Source: a virus. From it: a DNA stretch of 39,749 bases. Under the pieces are notes generated by a model, which saw only the letters and a list, made by a program, of their open reading frames with translations, ran no database searches and was not told the origin of the DNA. Each line of letters begins with the position of its first letter. The stretch's first letter is position 1. The stretch spans positions 1-39,749 of IMG/VR virus record IMGVR_UViG_3300034010_000168. The stretch is one strand, 5' to 3'. A program made the position numbers and the translations under genes. Below, in pieces: positions 15,261-21,060 of the stretch.

Positions 15261-15377
15261 TTTCAACCTCGCTTGTGATAACAGAATATAATGCGTCATG
15301 ACGTTCGTCAATACACTTGAAATCTTTTCTCAACATGATACAAGGAAAACTGCCAAATCAATTTTAAGGGGGTTTGA
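15261..15377. promoter_or_regulatory. Divergent intergenic control region between the leftward and rightward operons, with candidate sigma70-like hexamers
   Basis: Rightward candidate: TTGAAA (15317..15322), 16-nt spacer, TGnTACAAG (15336..15344). Leftward candidates: TTGACG (complement of 15306..15311), 15-nt spacer, TATATT (complement of 15285..15290); or TTGATT (15356..15361) with TATCAT (15335..15340). These are hexamer matches only and the spacers are sub-optimal. Confidence 0.3.
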
Positions 15378-16079
15378 GTGTCTCATTTCGAAATGGTTGA
15401 TGTTGAACGTGTTGTGCCAGCGCATTGGAACTATAAGACCGACGACGATGCCAAACAAAAGGACCTTGTCGAACGCATCAAAAAGCGTGGTCAGGTTGCG
15501 ACCCTAGTCGTGCGCGAACTTGAAAATGGAATGCTTGAAAGTGTTGACGGTTCCCATCGCATCCGAGCATTCAAAGAATTGGGAATCAAAAAAATCATGG
15601 TGTGCAACCTTGGCCGCATTGACCAAACCACAGCCGAACAGATTGGCATTGAAATCAATGAGTTCAGATTCGACGCCGACCCATTGAAACTTGATTCTTT
15701 GTTGAAACGTGTGGGACTAAAACCCCTTGACGTGGCACCGCCAAAGAAACTTGACCTTGCACCCTCTGCCGCGCTGATGCCTGATGTAAAGCCAATCATG
15801 CTTGACCCTGGACCAAAGCCAAAGACCGAGGACGCAAGACCGTCAAAGGCACCAATTGGCAAGGTGCCCGACGTGCAGCACTATGAAACGAACATGACCA
15901 TGTTGCAGTTCAGGGTTGAACTCGATGTTGCAAGGCAGTTTAGGGAACAATTGGACCGTGTAAAATCTGCAATGTTTCCCAACGAATCGACCAAGGATGT
16001 CAAAGACACGCTGCCGATTCAAGCCATCTGCCAGGCCTTGGCCGAGTTGCCAAAATCAAAATTTGAAAAACGCAGTTGA
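15378..16079 (+). CDS. ParB-like nuclease domain protein with a Pro-rich linker
   Basis: 'LVVRELENGMLESVDGSHRIRAFKELGIKKI' matches the ParB/Srx DG.HR motif. GTG start 5 nt after AAGGGGG. Confidence 0.7.
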   Translation: MSHFEMVDVERVVPAHWNYKTDDDAKQKDLVERIKKRGQVATLVVRELENGMLESVDGSHRIRAFKELGIKKIMVCNLGRIDQTTAEQIGIEINEFRFDADPLKLDSLLKRVGLKPLDVAPPKKLDLAPSAALMPDVKPIMLDPGPKPKTEDARPSKAPIGKVPDVQHYETNMTMLQFRVELDVARQFREQLDRVKSAMFPNESTKDVKDTLPIQAICQALAELPKSKFEKRS

Positions 16080-16276
16080 AACTTTGAGGCTGTTTGATTA
16101 AGGTCTGGCCCTCGCCCGAATTTTCAAGTTCGGGCCAGTCCTTGGAACTGCGCATTTGTCGATGCCAGTTTTGCGACTCGATTTGAAAGGAAATCGAATG
16201 GCCCTTTTGTCATTTATTTCACACGAAAAATCAACCGCAAATTTGTTCCTTGGATTGAAAACAATTGGGGGAATGC

Positions 16277-17101
16277 GTGCGTTGGTTTAAACATTTCACA
16301 GACAATCATCAGGGTCGGTCAGTCCAAGGATTGATGGACGAAATGGGTCACACAGGCCCATGTTGCCTGTTCTTTTTGATGGAAATTTGTGCCGAAAAAC
16401 TTGAACGAAACCCAAACAAAACCTTGGAAAGTTCTGACTGTTTGTTTGAGTTTCATGAGAGAATTGTCAGACAAAAGCTCAAGATTTCCCTAGCAAAACT
16501 TGAACATTTCCTAGGGATTTGTCAGGGTTTTGGTTTGCTTTCGTATGAATTTCATGGAAAATTCTTGAAAATTTCAATGCCTATGTTGTTGGATTTGTTG
16601 GAATATGATCAAAAAAAATCGCGCACGCGAACCGCACCTGTGCCGCCATCGTCGCGCCTAGAAAAGAATAGAATAGAAAAGAATAGAATAGAAAAGAATA
16701 TAGTAAGCACCGCCGTGGAAAATTCCACGTCGATGCCGCCGCAATTGGTTCCTGTTGTTGTTGAAAAAGTTTCCAAAAAAACAGGTGCAATTTTTGAACT
16801 TGAACACGACCAGACCGCGTTCACTTTGTTGCAAGATGTCACAAAAGACTTGCAAACGAAATGGCTGGCAGCGTATCCAAGCCCCGACTGGATTGTTCAC
16901 GAAATCAAAAAAGCCGATGTTTGGATGACCGCGAACCCAAGCAAGCGGCCAAAGAATTTTGGCAGGTTCATGTCGGGTTGGTTAGCAAAGGGTTTTGAAA
17001 GCTACCGCAAAGGCTTGCCAACAAATCAAAAAACCTATTCGCAAAAAAACGCCGATGCATTGTCTGAAATGCTGCAAATGGTCGATGAGGGGACATTGTG
17101 A
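16277..17101 (+). CDS. Replication initiator / replisome organiser (DUF4373 / SPP1 G38P-like)
   Basis: N-terminus 'RWFKHFTDNHQGRSVQGLMDEMGHTG..LFFLMEICAE', with the helicase loader downstream and internal iterons. I chose the GTG at 16277 behind GGGGGA; the track starts at a TTG at 16265. Confidence 0.6.
   Translation: MRWFKHFTDNHQGRSVQGLMDEMGHTGPCCLFFLMEICAEKLERNPNKTLESSDCLFEFHERIVRQKLKISLAKLEHFLGICQGFGLLSYEFHGKFLKISMPMLLDLLEYDQKKSRTRTAPVPPSSRLEKNRIEKNRIEKNIVSTAVENSTSMPPQLVPVVVEKVSKKTGAIFELEHDQTAFTLLQDVTKDLQTKWLAAYPSPDWIVHEIKKADVWMTANPSKRPKNFGRFMSGWLAKGFESYRKGLPTNQKTYSQKNADALSEMLQMVDEGTL
16661..16705. repeat. Three tandem 15-bp direct repeats (GAAAAGAATAGAATA x2, then GAAAAGAATATAGTA). These are candidate origin iterons.
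   Basis: Seen directly in the sequence. They encode 'EKNRIEKNRIEKN' in the inter-domain region of the initiator gene. The inverted repeat CGTGG-6nt-CCACG follows at 16714..16729. Confidence 0.85.
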
Positions 17102-17886
17102 CAAACCTTGAGGCAATAAAAAAAATTCTGATTGTTGAGTTTGCTTATTACTCGATTGCGACAAACCCAGCACAAATCAAACTTTGGGCAGAGGAAATGC
17201 AGGACCTTGATGCAAGGGCACTGGAAAAAACCCTCAAAGATTTTCGCAAAGAATCTGGCAGAACTAAACCGCCAATGCCTGGCGACATTCGAACAAGAAT
17301 TTTTTCGTTTCCTGATGGCAACGTGGCGTGGTCAACAGTCCAACAAAATCAGAAATCAATTCTTTGGACCGATGAAATGCGTCTGGCTTTTGGTGATGCC
17401 TATGCCTTGATTCAAGAAAACGACATGGTTGCCGCACGAATGGCGTTCTTGAAAGCATACGAGGAACGATGCAAAGAATCTGTTCGTCAAAACAAACCGC
17501 CAGTTTGGAAAATTTCTTATGGTGAACAGCGCGACGATGACCAACTGAACAAACTTTTGATCGAAGGTGTGAACGAAAAAAAGATTTCCATTCAAACCGC
17601 CATGGCATACAGCCCCGATTTGACTTTAGACAACGCAGGAAACCTTTTGACCCATTCATCAAAACTGCTTTTGGAAACAAAGCAGGTTGAAAATAGTTCA
17701 TTGTCGGCAGAGGCCAAAGACAAAATGATTGCAGACATGATTGCGAGAATGGAACAACGAAAACTTGAAATTGAAAAAGAACGTGAACTGCAAAAAGAAA
17801 AAGAACGCCAAGAATGGAAACAAAAAAAAGAACAGGCAAAGGCTATGTTCGACGAATACCAAAGGGGAATGAATGAAAAAACTTAA
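17098..17886 (+). CDS. Helicase loader, SPP1 G39P-like N-terminal domain, with a K/E-rich C-terminal coiled coil
   Basis: 'AYYSIATNPAQIKLWAEEMQDLDARALEKTLKDFRKESGRTKPPMPGDIRTRI' resembles the G39P-family pattern. Its GTG start overlaps the upstream stop (GTGA). Confidence 0.5.
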   Translation: MTNLEAIKKILIVEFAYYSIATNPAQIKLWAEEMQDLDARALEKTLKDFRKESGRTKPPMPGDIRTRIFSFPDGNVAWSTVQQNQKSILWTDEMRLAFGDAYALIQENDMVAARMAFLKAYEERCKESVRQNKPPVWKISYGEQRDDDQLNKLLIEGVNEKKISIQTAMAYSPDLTLDNAGNLLTHSSKLLLETKQVENSSLSAEAKDKMIADMIARMEQRKLEIEKERELQKEKERQEWKQKKEQAKAMFDEYQRGMNEKT

Positions 17887-18553
17887 GACCACAAAAAATC
17901 AATTGCTTGAAATCATCGCAATGATGACCGAGGAACAATTTGACCAGTTCGCAAAAGAAAACAACCGCGAAATCAATCAGCTTGTTTTGTGGGGTGAAGG
18001 TGTTGAGTATGAAGCGAAATCAACATTTCGAATCGCGCACGAAATCATGAAACAGGTTGTGTGTGTTGAGGAACTGGCAGCCTATTGCGCGGACGAAAAC
18101 GCAGAACTTGCGGCACGCGAACAGCTTGCAATCGAACAACACAAACTGAACACGATGTTTGACGACCTTGAAAACAAAGCCGATTCGTTTGGTGCAGTTG
18201 TCACGATGCTTGAAAAAGATTGCGACAAATACGAGGCATTGGCGAACATCTGCAAAGCCAAAGTGAAACGCACCGAAAACCAAATTGCGACGATCAAGAA
18301 AAACATCACGAACATCATGCAAGGTTTGGAACTTGAAAAAATTAAAGGGACCTTTTTCACCCTATCGGTTGGCAAGCCAACGCGGTCAGTCGTGTTGAAC
18401 GAAATGACTGATGAGGAAATTCACGGTTTACCAAAAGAGTTCCTGCGCGTCAAAACCGAAATCGACAAAACCGCTGTAAAGGCTGCACTGGACGATGGGC
18501 AGTCACTGGCATGGGCAGCCTTAATTGAACGCCGTTCGTTGCGTATAACTTGA
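17873..18553 (+). CDS. Siphovirus Gp157-family protein (recombination-module accessory)
   Basis: The N-terminus 'NQLLEIIAMMTEEQFDQF' and the C-terminus 'FTLSVGKPTRSVVL...EFLRVKTEIDKTAVKAALDDGQSLAWAALIERRSLRIT' fit the Gp157 pattern. Confidence 0.6.
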   Translation: MKKLKTTKNQLLEIIAMMTEEQFDQFAKENNREINQLVLWGEGVEYEAKSTFRIAHEIMKQVVCVEELAAYCADENAELAAREQLAIEQHKLNTMFDDLENKADSFGAVVTMLEKDCDKYEALANICKAKVKRTENQIATIKKNITNIMQGLELEKIKGTFFTLSVGKPTRSVVLNEMTDEEIHGLPKEFLRVKTEIDKTAVKAALDDGQSLAWAALIERRSLRIT

Positions 18554-18581
18554 TTGTGCGCGTTTGGCAGGGGGTTCAAAC

Positions 18582-18884
18582 ATGGCACACTGGCAGAAAC
18601 CGAGACCGATTTGCGAACATCGACTTTTTGAAATCAACCGACTGTTTTGGGATGAGGCTTGCGCGACATCGAAAGTTGCACTGTTGACGCGGTCAAGCAT
18701 TCCAGTCGTTGACAGAATGACGTTCGTCATGCGAATTGAATGGGAACAGTTCAAAACTGACTATCTGAAAAAACATCCTGAAAGGAATACAGGAAATGAA
18801 AACACAAGCACCACAACTGCAATCAGCGCAATCACAACCGCCGCAAGACCTGACCAAGAAACAAAACTTTTTGTTGAAAGATGA
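18582..18884 (+). CDS. Hypothetical protein (100 aa). Its 3' end overlaps the next gene by 89 nt.
   Basis: The ATG at 18582 lies behind CAGGGGG. It fills an otherwise non-coding gap of 240 bp. The overlapped tail is low-complexity. Confidence 0.4.
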   Translation: MAHWQKPRPICEHRLFEINRLFWDEACATSKVALLTRSSIPVVDRMTFVMRIEWEQFKTDYLKKHPERNTGNENTSTTTAISAITTAARPDQETKLFVER

Positions 18885-19671
18885 CCTCAAGGGTTTAACC
18901 CCCGAGGAAAAAACAAAGTTCTATCTTGATTTGTGTTCGTTCCTTGGGTTGTCACCAATCACAAAACCGTTCGGCATCTATGAGTTCCAAGGCAAGGAAA
19001 CACTTTACATCAAGGCAGATGCCTTTGACCAACTGTGCGCAAAAAACAAAGTGTCGCGCAAAATCGTTCCTCAACAAATCGTCACCCAGCATGGCGTTGC
19101 AAACCAAGATTTCATTTTGCTTGGTGAAGGGAATGAACAAACCTATTTGGTGAAGGTCGAGGCATCAATCAAAGTTGACGGCGAACTTGTGGTTGCCGAG
19201 GACATCGCAGAGGTTTTAATCAAAGAGGAAAAATTTGAATGGCGAGGCTTTGGCAACGACAAGAAAAAGGTTTCAATCGGGTTTCACCGAAACACCAATG
19301 CGCTGATGAAAGCCATCACAAAGGCCTATCGTCGCGCAGCCAAGAAACTGATTTCACTTGGTGCCGTGTTGCTTGAGGACGACTTGTCAGATTCATCAGG
19401 CATTCGGGAAATCAATTTGCAAAACGGTGAAGTGATCGGCGGCAAAAACAAAAAGGACATTCTTGACCTTGCTTTGCCTGCACCCTGGAAAGGTTTCACG
19501 AACCTGCGCGAACTAGATGACCAAGATTCTGAAAAACTGCACACGCTTTTTGTTGAACTTGAAACCGCAAAGCGTTCTGCAAAAGGACTGTCCGAACAAT
19601 GGGTCACAGTCTTTGAAAAACTGAAAACACATTTTGATTCACTTGAGAGTCAAACAACCATAGGGGGATAA
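18796..19671 (+). CDS. Putative single-strand annealing protein (Sak/Erf/RecT-like recombinase)
   Basis: It lies after the Gp157 gene. 'NALMKAITKAYRRAAKKLISLG' resembles the conserved helix of phage SSAPs. The N-terminus is Q/P-rich. Confidence 0.45.
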   Translation: MKTQAPQLQSAQSQPPQDLTKKQNFLLKDDLKGLTPEEKTKFYLDLCSFLGLSPITKPFGIYEFQGKETLYIKADAFDQLCAKNKVSRKIVPQQIVTQHGVANQDFILLGEGNEQTYLVKVEASIKVDGELVVAEDIAEVLIKEEKFEWRGFGNDKKKVSIGFHRNTNALMKAITKAYRRAAKKLISLGAVLLEDDLSDSSGIREINLQNGEVIGGKNKKDILDLALPAPWKGFTNLRELDDQDSEKLHTLFVELETAKRSAKGLSEQWVTVFEKLKTHFDSLESQTTIGG

Positions 19672-19672
19672 G

Positions 19673-19969
19673 ATGACCGAACGACAACTTGATTCGCAAC
19701 TGACAAAGCTTGAGGGCAAAAAAGTCAGCGTGACAATTCAACAGGTGCGCGAAATTCGCAAGCTTGTTCAAAAACTAGAGGCTGCCTACAGGGTGAAACT
19801 TGCCCTTGAAAAAGGCACACACGTTGACAACGTGTTGAACGCAGATGTTTTTGCGGTTCTTGAAAAAGGAACTGTGAAACTTGCGCGGACTGCATACCGC
19901 AAAGCCAAGGCACAACAGAAAAAAGCTGCAAGCCTTTCGACAAAAACAGTTTTGAAAAAGAAAAAATAA
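19673..19969 (+). CDS. Hypothetical Lys-rich protein (98 aa)
   Basis: ORF with TAGGGGGATAAG before the ATG. Confidence 0.7.
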   Translation: MTERQLDSQLTKLEGKKVSVTIQQVREIRKLVQKLEAAYRVKLALEKGTHVDNVLNADVFAVLEKGTVKLARTAYRKAKAQQKKAASLSTKTVLKKKK

Positions 19970-20278
19970 ATGGGAATCATACGAGACTTGAAAACCGTTG
20001 AGGGTCGGGTGCATGACATCCTTGTCAAACACCCCCAATGTCGTGACAATGACAAGCTGCTTTGGCTTGCATACAATCGAATTTGGAACAACCTGGACGC
20101 CAACGCCCTGACCTCGTATGAAACTTTTAAGGCGTGGGTTTTAAAAGACACCACGCCTGTTTTCGAATCACTTTCACGCGCACGCCGAAAAATACAAGAA
20201 CAACACCCTGAATTAGAGGGTGCAAAAGCAATTCGCATGGAACTAGAATCAGAAGTCAGAAACCTGATGAGGGGGTGA
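19970..20278 (+). CDS. Hypothetical conserved phage protein (102 aa)
   Basis: Its ATG abuts the upstream TAA. 'ESLSRARRKIQEQHPEL' looks like a widespread phage family of unknown function. Confidence 0.7.
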   Translation: MGIIRDLKTVEGRVHDILVKHPQCRDNDKLLWLAYNRIWNNLDANALTSYETFKAWVLKDTTPVFESLSRARRKIQEQHPELEGAKAIRMELESEVRNLMRG

Positions 20279-20279
20279 C

Positions 20280-20858
20280 ATGATTCTTTTGCAACAAATC
20301 AGACTTTTTGGACTTCGCTTGGTCCGACCAATCATCAAGTTCATTGATGGGTTTCATCTGCCGCACACAAACATTGATGACGATGCCTTTGAAATCTTGC
20401 TGCGCGACCTGCAAGACGGCGACATTCTGCTTTCACGCAACAACTGGAATCTGACCAACCTGACCATTCCAGGTTTCTGGAAACACGCCGCAATATATTG
20501 CCAAGGCTATGCAATCGAGGCAGTCGGTGACGGTGTTCGAAAGGAACATTTCGCAAAATGGCTGTTCACAAAGGACCATGTCATAGTTTTGCGCCCCACG
20601 TTCTGCCATGAACTGGTTCGCTCTGCCGCAGGTGTGGTTGCTGCCAGCATGATCGGCAAACCTTATGACCTTGATTTTTCGCCAGGGGTCGAGGCGTTCT
20701 ATTGTTCTGAACTTGTGTATTGGTCTTATGATGAGGCTATGGGGAATGAATCACCATTCAAACCACGCACAATCATGGGTGTTGAAACAATCGCACCTGA
20801 TGACTTTGTCCGCGCAAGATCAAAGTTTCAAATCATTTTCATGCACAAAGGACGCTAA
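20280..20858 (+). CDS. Permuted papain-fold amidase/peptidase, YiiX/YaeF (C92, DUF830) family
   Basis: 'GDILLSRNN...FWKHAAIY...IEAVGDGV' carries the His, followed by 'GKPYDLDF...FYCSELVYWSY' with the Cys, which is the permuted order typical of YiiX. SD is GAGGGGGTGAC. Confidence 0.65.
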   Translation: MILLQQIRLFGLRLVRPIIKFIDGFHLPHTNIDDDAFEILLRDLQDGDILLSRNNWNLTNLTIPGFWKHAAIYCQGYAIEAVGDGVRKEHFAKWLFTKDHVIVLRPTFCHELVRSAAGVVAASMIGKPYDLDFSPGVEAFYCSELVYWSYDEAMGNESPFKPRTIMGVETIAPDDFVRARSKFQIIFMHKGR

Positions 20859-20861
20859 ACC

Positions 20862-21041
20862 ATGGAACAAAAAAACAAACTCATCATCAAGTTCGGCGAG
20901 GAAAAATCTTTTGACTGGTTTACATTGACCAGAAAACAACGCCGTGAATTTTTGAAAAAGGTCCCTGGCTTGAAACAAAAGATTGATGCAGCCTTGGCCG
21001 AAATCGAAGCTGAAAAAGACAAGAACAACGCCGAGTTTTGA
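20862..21041 (+). CDS. 59-aa hypothetical protein; last gene of the rightward operon
   Basis: Hand-translated as MEQKNKLIIKFGEEKSFDWFTLTRKQRREFLKKVPGLKQKIDAALAEIEAEKDKNNAEF. It falls below the track cutoff and has a weak SD. Confidence 0.45.
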   Translation: MEQKNKLIIKFGEEKSFDWFTLTRKQRREFLKKVPGLKQKIDAALAEIEAEKDKNNAEF

Positions 21042-21060
21042 CCGCGCCTTTAAAGCGCGG
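21042..21060. terminator. Short hairpin at the convergence point of the two transcription blocks; possibly a weak bidirectional terminator
   Basis: CCGCGC (21042..21047) and GCGCGG (21055..21060) form a 6-bp GC stem with a 7-nt loop. It overlaps the fibre gene stop. There is no clear U tract on either strand. Confidence 0.3.

Noticed and set aside
16661-16705. Tandem repeats considered as a mini CRISPR array
   Set aside because: The repeats are only 15 bp long and directly adjacent with no spacers. They lie inside a coding region and no cas genes are present. An iteron interpretation fits better.
17264-17839. The 191-aa minus-strand ORF, and other antisense ORFs (2213..2710+, 5388..5735+, 19786..20238-, 21112..21549+, 36307..36810+, 37857..38318+)
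   Set aside because: Each lies entirely inside, and antisense to, a gene with recognisable motifs or tight operon coupling. Their products are low-complexity mirror images of K/E-rich or A/G-rich coding regions, and they lack the GGGGG SD seen at real starts.
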